64,000 bases of DNA from Acidothermaceae bacterium (GTDB lineage Bacteria > Actinomycetota > Actinomycetes > Acidothermales > Acidothermaceae), in the NCBI GenBank assembly GCA_036501485.1, contig DASYAG010000122.1, forward strand, positions 5,446 through 69,445, given 5' to 3'. How positions within the stretch are numbered: position 1 is the stretch's first letter; every line of letters begins with the position of its first letter. Below the pieces are notes generated by a model that ran no database searches, was not told the DNA's origin, and was given only the letters and a program-made list of their open reading frames with translations. Made by a program: the position numbers and the translations under genes. Shown piece by piece: positions 32,235 to 41,951 of the stretch.

Positions 32235-32378
32235 GTAAGTCCCCCCAAGAAGTAGGGGCCGACGCTAGCCACAAACAGCCCCGAACGAGCCAAAGAACCG
32301 GCAGCCTGTGGACAACTGGGCGATCGGTAGGATCAGAACCGCCGACCACACGAATTTCACCCGCGAGGAGCGTTCCCA

Positions 32379-35069
32379 GTGCCGAAGTATGTGTACGACT
32401 TCAGCGAAGGCAACCGAGACATGAAGGACCTTCTCGGCGGCAAGGGCGCGAACCTCGCCGAGATGACCAACATCGGGCTTCCGGTGCCTCCCGGCTTCAT
32501 CATCACGACGCAGGCGTGCCGCACCTATCTCGAGAGCGGCGATGCGCCGGTCGAGATGGAAGACGAGATCAGCGAGCACCTCGCCAGCCTCGAGAAGGCC
32601 ATGGGCAAGACCCTCGGCGACGCCGACGATCCGCTGCTCGTCTCGGTGCGATCCGGCGCGAAGTTCTCGATGCCCGGAATGATGGACACCGTCCTGAACA
32701 TCGGCCTGAACGACCAGAGCGTGAACGGCCTTGCGAAGCAGGGCGGCAACGACCGGTTCGCCTGGGACTCTTACCGCCGGTTGCTCTCGATGTTCGGCAA
32801 GACAGTGCTCGGGGCCGACGGCGAGTTGTTCGAGCACGCGCTCGACGAACTGAAGACGAGCCGCAACACCAAGAACGACCTCGACCTCGACGCCGCCGAC
32901 TTCCAGGCGTTGGTCGAGACCTACAAAGGCATCATCCGCGACCACGCCGGCCGCGAGTTCCCGCAAGACTCCCGCGAGCAGCTCGATCTCGCCGTCCGCG
33001 CCGTTTTTGATTCCTGGAACGGCGATCGCGCCCGCCTTTACCGTCGCCAGGAGCGCATTCCGGCCGACCTCGGCACCGCCGTCAACATCGTCGCGATGGT
33101 GTTCGGCAACATCAGCGCCGAGTCGGGCACCGGTGTCGCCTTCACCCGCGACCCCGGATCGGGCGATCAGGGCATCTACGGCGACTACCTCGAGAACGCT
33201 CAGGGCGAAGACGTCGTCGCCGGGATCCGCAACACCGTGCCGCTGGCCGACCTCGAGACGATCGACAAGCCCGCCTACGACGAGTTGCTCGGCATCATGA
33301 GCAAGCTCGAGAAGCACTACAAGGACCTCTGCGACATCGAGTTCACCATCGAGAACAACAAGCTCTGGATGCTGCAGACCCGCGTCGGCAAGCGCACAGC
33401 GGGCGCAGCTTTCCGTATCGCGACGCAGCTTGTCGACGAGGGCCTGATCGACATGAACGAGGCACTCCAGCGGGTTACGGGCGCGCAACTCGCGCAGCTG
33501 ATGTTCCCGAAGTTCGACGAAGACGCGAAGAAGATGAAGATCACCAAGGCCGTCAACGCGTCACCCGGTGCGGCGGTCGGCAAGGTCGTGTTCGACTCGG
33601 TCGTCGCGGCAGAGTGGGCCGCCAAGGGCGAGGACGTCATCCTCGTCCGTCGCGAGACCAACCCCGATGACCTGCCGGGCATGATCGCCGCCAAGGGCAT
33701 CTTGACCGAGCGCGGGGGCAAGACGTCGCACGCGGCCGTCGTCGCACGCGGCATGGGCAAGACCTGCGTATCGGGCGCCGAGCAGATCAGCGTCGACCTC
33801 AAGACCCGTCAGTTCACCGGCCCGAATGGCGAGGTCGTCAAGGAAGGCGACGTCATCTCGATCGATGGCACCTCGGGCATGGTCTACCTCGGTGAGGTTC
33901 CGGTCGTTCCTAGCCCGGTCGTGCAGTACTTCGAAGGCACCATCAGGGCGGACGCCGACCCGCTGGTCGCCGCGGTCCACCGCATCCTCGTACACGCAGA
34001 CTCAAAGCGGCGCCTCGGCGTCGAAGCGAACGCCGACACCCCCGAGGACGCCGAGCGCGCGCGTCGTTTCGGCGGCGAAGGCATTGGCCTGTGTCGTACC
34101 GAGCACATGTTCCTCGGTGAGCGTCGCAAGAACGTCGAGCGACTGATCCTGGCTAACGGCGAAGAGGAGCAGAAGGCAGCACTGGCCGAACTGCTTCCGT
34201 TGCAGCGCACCGACTTCATCGGCATCTTCGACGCGATGGACGGCTTGCCTGTAACGGTCCGCCTTATCGACCCGCCGCTGCACGAGTTCTTGCCCGACAT
34301 CACCGAGCTCACCGTCAAGATCGCCGTCGCCGAGGCGAAGGGCGAGAAGGTCGCTGACAAGGATCGGGTGCTGCTCGAGGCGGTGCGTCGACTGCACGAG
34401 CAGAACCCGATGCTCGGGCTTCGCGGCGTCCGCCTCGGGCTTGTCATTCCTGGGCTCTTTGCCTTGCAGGTAAGGGCAATTGCCGAAGCGGCCGCGCATC
34501 TGAAGAAGCTCGGCAAGAACCCGGTTCCGGAGATCATGGTTCCGCTGGTTGGTGCGGTGCAGGAGCTCGAGATCATTCGCGAGGAAGCGTTGGGCATTCT
34601 GGCTGACGTCGCGAAAGAGACCGGCGTCGAGGTGCACACGCTGATCGGCACGATGATCGAAGTGCCGCGCGCGGCGTTGACCGCCGGCCAGATTGCCGAA
34701 GCTGCTGACTTCTTCAGCTTCGGCACCAACGACCTCACGCAGATGGGCTGGGGCTTCTCGCGCGACGACGTCGAAGGCGCATTCTTCGGTCGCTACATGG
34801 ACCTCGGCATCTTCGGAGTCTCACCGTTCGAGACCCTAGACCGTGACGGCATCGGCCGGTTGGTGCGCATCGCCGTCGAGGAGGGTCGCGCGAGCAACCC
34901 GAACCTGCGGATCGGGATCTGCGGTGAGCACGGCGGCGACCCCGACTCAATCCACTTCTGCGACGAGGTCGGGCTCGACTACGTCTCGTGCTCGCCGTTC
35001 CGGATCCCGGTCGCCCGCCTCGAAGCCGGTCGCGCCGCTCTAGAGACGGCGGGTTCCGACACGCGCTGA
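32379..35069 (+). CDS. ppdK: Pyruvate, phosphate dikinase
   Basis: GGKGANLAEM, the phosphohistidine motif GGKTSHAAVVARGMG and the C-terminal FFSFGTNDLTQM...CGEHGGDP are present over the full 896 aa. The GTG start is preceded by GAGGAG. Confidence 0.95.
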   Translation: MPKYVYDFSEGNRDMKDLLGGKGANLAEMTNIGLPVPPGFIITTQACRTYLESGDAPVEMEDEISEHLASLEKAMGKTLGDADDPLLVSVRSGAKFSMPGMMDTVLNIGLNDQSVNGLAKQGGNDRFAWDSYRRLLSMFGKTVLGADGELFEHALDELKTSRNTKNDLDLDAADFQALVETYKGIIRDHAGREFPQDSREQLDLAVRAVFDSWNGDRARLYRRQERIPADLGTAVNIVAMVFGNISAESGTGVAFTRDPGSGDQGIYGDYLENAQGEDVVAGIRNTVPLADLETIDKPAYDELLGIMSKLEKHYKDLCDIEFTIENNKLWMLQTRVGKRTAGAAFRIATQLVDEGLIDMNEALQRVTGAQLAQLMFPKFDEDAKKMKITKAVNASPGAAVGKVVFDSVVAAEWAAKGEDVILVRRETNPDDLPGMIAAKGILTERGGKTSHAAVVARGMGKTCVSGAEQISVDLKTRQFTGPNGEVVKEGDVISIDGTSGMVYLGEVPVVPSPVVQYFEGTIRADADPLVAAVHRILVHADSKRRLGVEANADTPEDAERARRFGGEGIGLCRTEHMFLGERRKNVERLILANGEEEQKAALAELLPLQRTDFIGIFDAMDGLPVTVRLIDPPLHEFLPDITELTVKIAVAEAKGEKVADKDRVLLEAVRRLHEQNPMLGLRGVRLGLVIPGLFALQVRAIAEAAAHLKKLGKNPVPEIMVPLVGAVQELEIIREEALGILADVAKETGVEVHTLIGTMIEVPRAALTAGQIAEAADFFSFGTNDLTQMGWGFSRDDVEGAFFGRYMDLGIFGVSPFETLDRDGIGRLVRIAVEEGRASNPNLRIGICGEHGGDPDSIHFCDEVGLDYVSCSPFRIPVARLEAGRAALETAGSDTR

Positions 35070-35129
35070 GACCAGCCCGGACGCCGAGGGGTGGCCGCCC
35101 GTACGGCCGACGCGGGATACTGGCGAGCT

Positions 35130-35810
35130 ATGGGAGACGTTCCGAATTTCCTTCCCAGTGCGCAGGGACTCCACTACGCCAACTCGTGGCCGTCCGCGCC
35201 GGTCGTCGAGGTTCCGACCCCGTTCGGCAACGTCGATATCGGCGATGCCAAGCATGGTCTGTGCGGCGGCATGGCCTACGCCGTCCGCGATCTGTTCGAA
35301 GCACATGCCGACCCGCCGCCGCAGACCGCCAATCCGCTGCCAACATCGCCCGCATTTCACTTCATCACCACACGATTGATCGACAGTTTCGACCTGCCCG
35401 ACGGCGTCGCGAAGTACTACGAGTGGATGAACTTGCCGACCGGCGACGAGTTCTTCGTGCATGGCACGTCGCGGCGAACCATCGAAGTTTCGATGCCTTT
35501 CATCCGTGCGACGATCGATGCCGGACACCCGTGTCCGCTGGGCGTTGTGTGCGTACATTCGGCCAACCCGCAGGACCTCGGCGAGAATCACCAGGTGCTC
35601 GCGTACGGCTATGCAGATACGACCTCGACAACCACTCTGCGGCTCTACGACTGCAATCATCCAGACGACGACGGCGTGACGATCGCGTTCGATCACACGA
35701 GCCCGCACCACTCGACGAAGTTCAACTACTCCTACGACGACCACACCGTGATTGGATTCTTCCCGAGCCAGTACACGCCAAAGGATCCGTCGCCGCTCTT
35801 CCAGCTGTGA
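35130..35810 (+). CDS. Papain-fold-like hypothetical protein (candidate Cys-His-Asp/Asn triad)
   Basis: GLCGGMAYAV (candidate nucleophile), NHQVLAYGY (candidate His) and LYDCNHPDDD are spaced as in C39/BtrH-like cysteine peptidases or amidases. I see no signal peptide. Confidence 0.5.
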   Translation: MGDVPNFLPSAQGLHYANSWPSAPVVEVPTPFGNVDIGDAKHGLCGGMAYAVRDLFEAHADPPPQTANPLPTSPAFHFITTRLIDSFDLPDGVAKYYEWMNLPTGDEFFVHGTSRRTIEVSMPFIRATIDAGHPCPLGVVCVHSANPQDLGENHQVLAYGYADTTSTTTLRLYDCNHPDDDGVTIAFDHTSPHHSTKFNYSYDDHTVIGFFPSQYTPKDPSPLFQL

Positions 35811-35875
35811 CGCCGCGGAACTGAACGGGGGACCTCATCGCACTCGTACTGGTCACCGGCCCCGCCACGACCACG

Positions 35876-36133
35876 GTGTTTGCTGTCGCTTCGGCGAGCC
35901 CCTCGCCGTCCGGCCCGGTATCGACGTCCGTACCGGTTGGGTCGCCGTCATTGATCGGGCCCCCGTCACCGATCAGTGCTGCACCGGCGACTTCGGAACT
36001 CACGGTCTTCCCAACGTCTTCCGCGCACCCGGATTTCGTTACTGGCGCCATTTTCGTCGTGATCTTCGCGCTGCTACTCACGTTCGCCTACGCCATCCGC
36101 GTGCTGCGGCGTCGGCGGCACCGATGGGACTGA
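35876..36133 (+). CDS. Possible small Pro/Ser-rich tail-anchored membrane protein
   Basis: 85 aa, GTG start, with a C-terminal TM helix (AIFVVIFALLLTFAYAI) followed by RVLRRRRHRWD. Third-position GC is moderate. A competing minus-strand ORF 35722..36081 looks less protein-like. Confidence 0.3.
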   Translation: MFAVASASPSPSGPVSTSVPVGSPSLIGPPSPISAAPATSELTVFPTSSAHPDFVTGAIFVVIFALLLTFAYAIRVLRRRRHRWD

Positions 36134-36167
36134 AGCGGACGACGGTGGGCCGGGGTAGCGTCGAGAC

Positions 36168-37415
36168 GTGAACGACTCTGTTGCCAGGTACGACGATGGT
36201 GCACGCGCGCGCTGGGTGAACGAGCCGCCGAAGCGACCCGGGCGCAGCGCCTTCGAACGCGACCGGGCTCGGGTGGTGCACAGTTCGGCGTTGCGGCGGC
36301 TTGGCGCGAAGACTCAGGTCGTCGGGCCCGCGGAGGCCGAGAGCGACTTCCCACGCACTCGGCTGACGCACTCGCTCGAGTGCGCGCAGGTCGGCCGCGA
36401 ACTCGGCGCAACACTTGGTTGCGACCCCGACCTCGTAGAAACCGCCTGTCTGGCGCACGATCTCGGTCACCCGCCATTTGGCCACAACGGCGAAGCCGCA
36501 CTCGACCAAGCGGCCCAAGCGATCGGCGGGTTCGAAGGCAATGCTCAGTCGTTTCGGCTCCTGACTCGCCTTGAGGCGAAGACTGTTGCCGACGACGGTC
36601 GCAGTGCCGGGCTCAACCTAACTCGCGCGAGCCTCGATGCGGCGACGAAGTATCCGTGGCCAAAGCGCGATGGCAACAGCAAATTCGGTGTCTACGACGA
36701 CGACCTCGAGGTCTTCAACTGGGTGCGCGAAGCTGCCCCAAACGACCGAAGATGCATCGAGGCCCAAGTCATGGATTGGGCCGACGACGTCGCGTACTCG
36801 GTGCACGACTTGGAAGACGGCGTCGAAGCCGGCCTGGTGAAGCTCGACCATTTGAGTGAAGTTGATGGTTGGGGAGATGTGTTGCCGGTAGTGGTTGAGT
36901 TCTACCTGCCCGACGCGGAGCAAGTGGAATTGGAAGCAGGCATCCGCAGCCTGACCGGCTTGCAGTGTTGGCCGGCTGCGCATGACGGCAGTCTAAATTC
37001 CTTGGCAGCATTGAAGAATCTCACGAGCATGCTAATCGGTCGCTTCTGCCAGGCCGCTGAGGCTGCGACCCGTGAGGCCTACGGTCGTGCACCGTTGACT
37101 CGCTACGACGCCGACCTCATCGTCGCGCGCGCGAGCCGCATCGAGTGCGCGCTGCTGAAGGGCGTGACAGCGCACTACGTGATGAATCGCGAAGGTGTCG
37201 CCGCTGTTCACGACAGGCAGCGCGTGCTCCTTCTCGAGCTTGTCGATCAGCTGAGCGCGTCCGACGGTCAGGCACTCGAACCACTGTTCCAGACGGCGTG
37301 GGCGGCCGCCGCCGATGACGGTACGCGGTTGAGGGTTGCCGTCGATCAAGTCGCCTCGCTGACCGATACTTCGGCGGTGATCTGGCATCGACGAGCCTCG
37401 GGAGGGGGGTCGTAA
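36168..37415 (+). CDS. dgt: dGTP triphosphohydrolase-like HD-domain protein
   Basis: Motifs FERDRARVVHSSALRRL, RTRLTHSLE and HDLGHPPFGH. The gene lies upstream of dnaG, as is typical in Actinobacteria. Confidence 0.9.
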   Translation: MNDSVARYDDGARARWVNEPPKRPGRSAFERDRARVVHSSALRRLGAKTQVVGPAEAESDFPRTRLTHSLECAQVGRELGATLGCDPDLVETACLAHDLGHPPFGHNGEAALDQAAQAIGGFEGNAQSFRLLTRLEAKTVADDGRSAGLNLTRASLDAATKYPWPKRDGNSKFGVYDDDLEVFNWVREAAPNDRRCIEAQVMDWADDVAYSVHDLEDGVEAGLVKLDHLSEVDGWGDVLPVVVEFYLPDAEQVELEAGIRSLTGLQCWPAAHDGSLNSLAALKNLTSMLIGRFCQAAEAATREAYGRAPLTRYDADLIVARASRIECALLKGVTAHYVMNREGVAAVHDRQRVLLLELVDQLSASDGQALEPLFQTAWAAAADDGTRLRVAVDQVASLTDTSAVIWHRRASGGGS

Positions 37416-37419
37416 CGAG

Positions 37420-37938
37420 ATGAGTAGCAGCGACCAGTTGACCGACGGTAACGACGACGAGGTGACAGACGGAGTTCCGCGGCCCGCCTCGATCGACGTC
37501 GAGTTCGTGAAGCCGCTGGTCCTTCACGCACTGCGCCGCCAAGTCCTACGCCCGGGGCAGCCATGGAGCAGCGTCGTCCATGACTACGACTCGTGGCCCG
37601 AGACGTTCCACGTCGCCGCATTCGGCCCACGCGGAGAAGTCGCCGCCTGCGCGAGCTTCCATCCCGACGCGGCACCGCACCGGCTAGACGCAGACCCCGG
37701 CAAGACTTGGCGCCTTCGTGCGATGGCCTCGTTGCCCGAGGTGCGTGGCCAGGGCTACGGTGCTGCGGCCCTGCGTTACGGCATCGCGGAAATACGCAGG
37801 CGCGGCGGCACCCTGCTGTGGTGCAATGCGAGATCGGGCGCCGTTGGCTTCTACGAAAGGCTCGGATTTTCCACGGTGGGTGATGAATTCGAGATCGCGC
37901 CGATCGGGCCGCACTACGTGATGGAGATCGAGGTGTGA
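37420..37938 (+). CDS. GNAT family N-acetyltransferase
   Basis: The acetyl-CoA motif VRGQGYGAAALRYG...ARSGAVGFYERLGF is present. Confidence 0.8.
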   Translation: MSSSDQLTDGNDDEVTDGVPRPASIDVEFVKPLVLHALRRQVLRPGQPWSSVVHDYDSWPETFHVAAFGPRGEVAACASFHPDAAPHRLDADPGKTWRLRAMASLPEVRGQGYGAAALRYGIAEIRRRGGTLLWCNARSGAVGFYERLGFSTVGDEFEIAPIGPHYVMEIEV

Positions 37939-38792
37939 ATGTCGAGATCTTGCGCTACAGCGCATTCACTCAGACCCCGGCGGGTGGCAACCCGGCCGGC
38001 ATCGTGCTTGACGCGACTGGTCTCGACGAACTGAGGATGCAGGCGATTGCCACCGAGGTCGGTTACTCCGAGACGGCATTTCTGACCCCTGCCGGCAACG
38101 ACGCTCGCGAGTTCCACGTCCGCTACTTCGCGCCGTCCATCGAAATTCCGTTTTGTGGCCACGCGACCATCGCGACCGGCGTCGCACTCGCCGAGCGCCT
38201 GGGCGAAGGCGTCTTCCTGCTCCACACCAACGTCGGCGATGTTCCGGTCGACGTCGAACGCGATGCCGACGGTCTGCTTAAAGCGACATTGACCAGCGTC
38301 GAGCCCAAGCTCGACGAACTCGACCCGGGCGATTTGGCTGAGCTTCTCGATGCGTTGCGCTGGAGCCATGACGACCTCGATCCCGAGCTACTGCCGAAGG
38401 TCGCGTTCGGCGGGGCTCGGCACCCAGTGCTGGCGGCTGCGTCCCGGGCCAGGCTTGCCGATCTTGACTATGACTTCGCCGCATTGCGCGAGCTGATGTT
38501 GCGGCGCGGGTGGACGACGATCCACCTTGTCTGGCGCGAATCGCCCACCGTGTTTCAGGTGCGCGACCCGTTTGCGGCCGGGGGAGTCGTCGAAGACCCG
38601 GCGACCGGCGGAGCGGCCGTCGCTTTCGGTCACTATCTGCGTGAAATGAAACTGATCGAACCGCCCGTCACGCTCACGCTGCATCAGGGCGTCGACATGG
38701 GCCGACCGAGCCTGTTGATCGTGGATGTGGATGACGTGGATCAGCACATCAGGGTCGGTGGGCACGCCGTGCCGATCCCGCAAGACACCTAG
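37935..38792 (+). CDS. PhzF family isomerase-like protein
   Basis: FTQTPAGGNPAGIV, GYSETAFL and RYFAPSIEIPFCGHATIA are PhzF-family motifs. Confidence 0.85.
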   Translation: MNVEILRYSAFTQTPAGGNPAGIVLDATGLDELRMQAIATEVGYSETAFLTPAGNDAREFHVRYFAPSIEIPFCGHATIATGVALAERLGEGVFLLHTNVGDVPVDVERDADGLLKATLTSVEPKLDELDPGDLAELLDALRWSHDDLDPELLPKVAFGGARHPVLAAASRARLADLDYDFAALRELMLRRGWTTIHLVWRESPTVFQVRDPFAAGGVVEDPATGGAAVAFGHYLREMKLIEPPVTLTLHQGVDMGRPSLLIVDVDDVDQHIRVGGHAVPIPQDT

Positions 38793-38803
38793 ACTCGGGG
38801 ATC

Positions 38804-40648
38804 GTGGCCGGCCGGATTCCTGACAGTGACATCGCACGAGTGCGAGAGCTGTCGCCGGTCGCCGACGTGATCAGCGAGCACGTCACGCTCAAGAGCGCTG
38901 GCGGCGGCTCGCTCAAGGGCCTCTGCCCGTTCCACGATGAGCGCTCGCCGTCGTTCAACGTGACTCCCGCCCGCGGCTTTTGGCACTGCTTCGGCTGCGG
39001 CGAGGGCGGCGACGTCATCAGCTTCGTCCAGAAGATCGACGTCCTGTCGTTCAGCGAGGCGGTCGAACACCTCGCGGCCCGGGCGAACTACGAGCTGCAC
39101 TACGAGCAGGGCGGATCTGCCCCGCGCGCCCAGCAGGGCCAACGAGCGCGGCTCGTCGAGGCGCACAAGGCCGCGGCCGAGTACTTCGCTGAGCAACTGG
39201 CCAGCGCAGAGGCGGTGATCGGCCGGACATTCCTGACCGAGCGCGGGTTCGACGGCGCCGCGGCAGCCCACTTCGGCGTCGGGTACGCGCCTAACGGCTG
39301 GGAGTTCCTGGTCAAGCACCTGCGTGGCCGCGGGTTCACCGACGAAGAACTGGCGACCGGCGGCTTGGCCAGCCGCGGGCAGCGCGGTCTCATCGACCGG
39401 TTCCGCGGCCGACTGATGTGGCCGATCCGCGACGTCACGGGCGATGTGGTCGGATTCGGTGCACGAAAGCTCCGAGAAGACGATGACGGGCCGAAGTATC
39501 TGAATACGCCCGAGAGCCCGTTGTACAAGAAGAGCCAGGTTCTGTACGGCATAGACCTCGCCCGCCGCGAGATGGCGAAGGCCGGCCAGGCCGTGGTGGT
39601 CGAGGGCTATACAGACGTCATGGCGTGCCACCTCGCCGGCGTCACCACGGCCGTTGCCACCTGTGGCACGGCATTCGGCGACGAGCACGTTCGGATCCTG
39701 CGGCGGCTGCTGCTCGATTCCGCTGAGTACGCCGGTGAGGTGATCTTCACCTTCGACGGCGACGCCGCAGGCCAGAAGGCGGCGCTTCGGGCTTTCGAGA
39801 GTGACCAGAAGTTCGTCACGCACACATTCGTGGCGATCAGCCCCGACAACATGGACCCCTGCGAGCTGCGGATCGCCAAGGGTGACGCCGCGGTTCGCGA
39901 CCTGGTCGCCCGCCGCCAGCCGCTCTTCGAGTTCGCAGTCCGCAGCGTGCTCGCGGGCTTCAACCTGGAAACCTCAGAGGGCCGGGTCGCCGCCCTGGAG
40001 CGCACGATGCCGCTGGTGGCGTCGATCAAAGACACTTCACTGCGCGACGAGTACGCGCGCCGGCTCGCCGGATGGGTGGGCGCCCCTGACGAGCTCGCGG
40101 TCCTCGAGCGTGTTCGTCGTATAGCGGGGACGACGAGTGGTGGGCGTAGTCGAAGCGTTGCAGCGCCAGATCCGCGCGACCCAACGCTGCAGGTCGAGCG
40201 CGAGGCGCTGAAGGTCGCGGTGCAGCGACCCGCCCTGCTCGGGCCGGCCTTCGACCAGCTCGACCCGCTCGCGTTCACCCACCTTGCTTACGGCGAGATC
40301 CGGGACGCCGTCGCGAAGGCAGGAGGCACCGGGTCAACTGCGGGCGGCGACGCTTGGGTCAACGCCGTCCTGGAGGCTGCCAACGATGACCGGGTGCGCG
40401 CGCTTATCACCGAGCTGGTCGTTGAGCCCATCCTCGCGGCGACCGAACCCGACGAGCGTTACGCACGTGCGCAACTCGCGCAGTTGCGGGTGCGCGCCGT
40501 CGACCGGCAGATCGCCGACGTCAAATCTCGTCTCCAACGGCTGAACCCGATCGAGGTCGCCCCGGAGTACAACCGTCTCTTCGGGGATCTCGTGACGTTG
40601 GAGAAACGGCGCCGCGACGATTTGGAAGGAACGCTGGGCGTCAGCTGA
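38804..40648 (+). CDS. dnaG: DNA primase
   Basis: Has the zinc finger CPFHDERSPSFNV....FWHCFGCGEGGD, the Toprim EGYTDV motif and FDGDAAGQKAA. Confidence 0.95.
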   Translation: MAGRIPDSDIARVRELSPVADVISEHVTLKSAGGGSLKGLCPFHDERSPSFNVTPARGFWHCFGCGEGGDVISFVQKIDVLSFSEAVEHLAARANYELHYEQGGSAPRAQQGQRARLVEAHKAAAEYFAEQLASAEAVIGRTFLTERGFDGAAAAHFGVGYAPNGWEFLVKHLRGRGFTDEELATGGLASRGQRGLIDRFRGRLMWPIRDVTGDVVGFGARKLREDDDGPKYLNTPESPLYKKSQVLYGIDLARREMAKAGQAVVVEGYTDVMACHLAGVTTAVATCGTAFGDEHVRILRRLLLDSAEYAGEVIFTFDGDAAGQKAALRAFESDQKFVTHTFVAISPDNMDPCELRIAKGDAAVRDLVARRQPLFEFAVRSVLAGFNLETSEGRVAALERTMPLVASIKDTSLRDEYARRLAGWVGAPDELAVLERVRRIAGTTSGGRSRSVAAPDPRDPTLQVEREALKVAVQRPALLGPAFDQLDPLAFTHLAYGEIRDAVAKAGGTGSTAGGDAWVNAVLEAANDDRVRALITELVVEPILAATEPDERYARAQLAQLRVRAVDRQIADVKSRLQRLNPIEVAPEYNRLFGDLVTLEKRRRDDLEGTLGVS

Positions 40649-40754
40649 ACGGCGTCCGCGACGTGGAACTAGTGTCGATTTCGGCCGACTTGGCATAGTC
40701 CTGTCCACGGATTTTCCGGAGTAGCCTCGCGCAGCCCGCTACCCCGGCACACTT

Positions 40755-41945
40755 ATGCACGTGGGGATGCTTGCGGCCACTGAGCCGCTCCAGTTCATTG
40801 CACACCTTCCGCATCAGCGGCCCGGTGGCTCGCTCGAGGTTGTCGTCGATGTCGACCGCCTCGAGATTGTCGAGACTCCGGACGTCGCCGTCGCCGTCGC
40901 CGTTGCCGAGGTGGCAGTGGCCGCAGTCGATGAGGCTGAGGACGTCGACGATGTCGAGGCCGAGGTCGCGAAACCCGTCGGTGACGACGATGAAGCCGAG
41001 TTGCCCGGGCAACGCGACGCCGTGGTGGGCTGGGCGCCGTCCGCGGACCCGGTCCGCACTTATCTCAAAGAGATTGGCCGCGTCCCGCTGCTGACGGCCG
41101 AACAAGAGGTCGATCTCGCAAAGCGCATCGAGGCAGGACTCTTCGCCGGTGAGAAACTCGTCAGCGGCGTCGCGATGTCGAGCCAGTTGCGGCGCGAGCT
41201 TGAACTCGTCGAGTGCGACGGCCGCATTGCAAAGCGCGGACTTATCGAAGCCAACCTTAGGCTCGTCGTCTCGATCGCAAAGCGGTACACCGGTCGGGGC
41301 ATGTTGTTCCTGGATCTCATCCAGGAAGGAAATCTTGGCCTTATCCGCGCAGTCGAGAAGTTCGACTACACACGTGGTTACAAGTTTTCGACCTATGCGA
41401 TCTGGTGGATTCGCCAAGCCATCACCCGCTCGATGGCTGATCAGGGGCGCACCATTCGGGTGCCGGCCCACATGATCGATGCGATCAACAAAATGATCCG
41501 TACGCAACGCACGTTCGTGCAGCTCAACGGCCGCGAAGCAACGCCGATCGAACTCGCCACCGAACTTGATCTCACTGTCGAACGTGTGCGCGAGATTCAG
41601 GCCATCGCGCAGGAGCCGATCTCGTTTCAGTCACCGATCGGCGAGGACAGCGCGACGCTCGGCGACCTCATCGAAGACGTCGATGCGGTCGCACCAGCCG
41701 AGGCTGCGACGTACACGATGATGCTTCAGCAGTTGGCTGATGTACTTGCCACGTTGGGGGAGCGTGAGCAGCAGGTCATCACGATGCGCTACGGCCTCAC
41801 CGACGGTTTCTCGCACACGCTCGAAGAAGTCGGCCAGCGGTTTGGTGTGACGCGCGAACGGATCCGGCAGATCGAGACGAAGACGCTCGCGAAACTACGT
41901 CAGCCGCCGTGCGCAACGCGGTTGCGCGACTTCCTCATCGATTAG
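40755..41945 (+). CDS. Sigma-70 family RNA polymerase sigma factor (group 1/2-like) with acidic N-terminal extension
   Basis: Motifs [69 protein letters not shown] and the region 4.2 segment [19 protein letters not shown]. The start is uncertain (40755, 40761 or 40767); third-position GC is high from the first codons. Confidence 0.85.
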   Translation: MHVGMLAATEPLQFIAHLPHQRPGGSLEVVVDVDRLEIVETPDVAVAVAVAEVAVAAVDEAEDVDDVEAEVAKPVGDDDEAELPGQRDAVVGWAPSADPVRTYLKEIGRVPLLTAEQEVDLAKRIEAGLFAGEKLVSGVAMSSQLRRELELVECDGRIAKRGLIEANLRLVVSIAKRYTGRGMLFLDLIQEGNLGLIRAVEKFDYTRGYKFSTYAIWWIRQAITRSMADQGRTIRVPAHMIDAINKMIRTQRTFVQLNGREATPIELATELDLTVERVREIQAIAQEPISFQSPIGEDSATLGDLIEDVDAVAPAEAATYTMMLQQLADVLATLGEREQQVITMRYGLTDGFSHTLEEVGQRFGVTRERIRQIETKTLAKLRQPPCATRLRDFLID

Positions 41946-41951
41946 CAAACC

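Noticed and set aside
32265-33488. 407-aa minus-strand ORF
   Set aside because: It lies antisense to ppdK, and I recognise no family signal.
35722-36081. 119-aa minus-strand ORF
   Set aside because: It competes with the plus-strand 85-aa ORF and overlaps the end of the papain-like gene. It has no membrane or domain features and looks less protein-like.
38789-39823. 344-aa minus-strand ORF
   Set aside because: It lies antisense to dnaG and is a shadow ORF.
40641-41507. 288-aa minus-strand ORF
   Set aside because: It lies antisense to the sigma-70 gene and is a shadow ORF.
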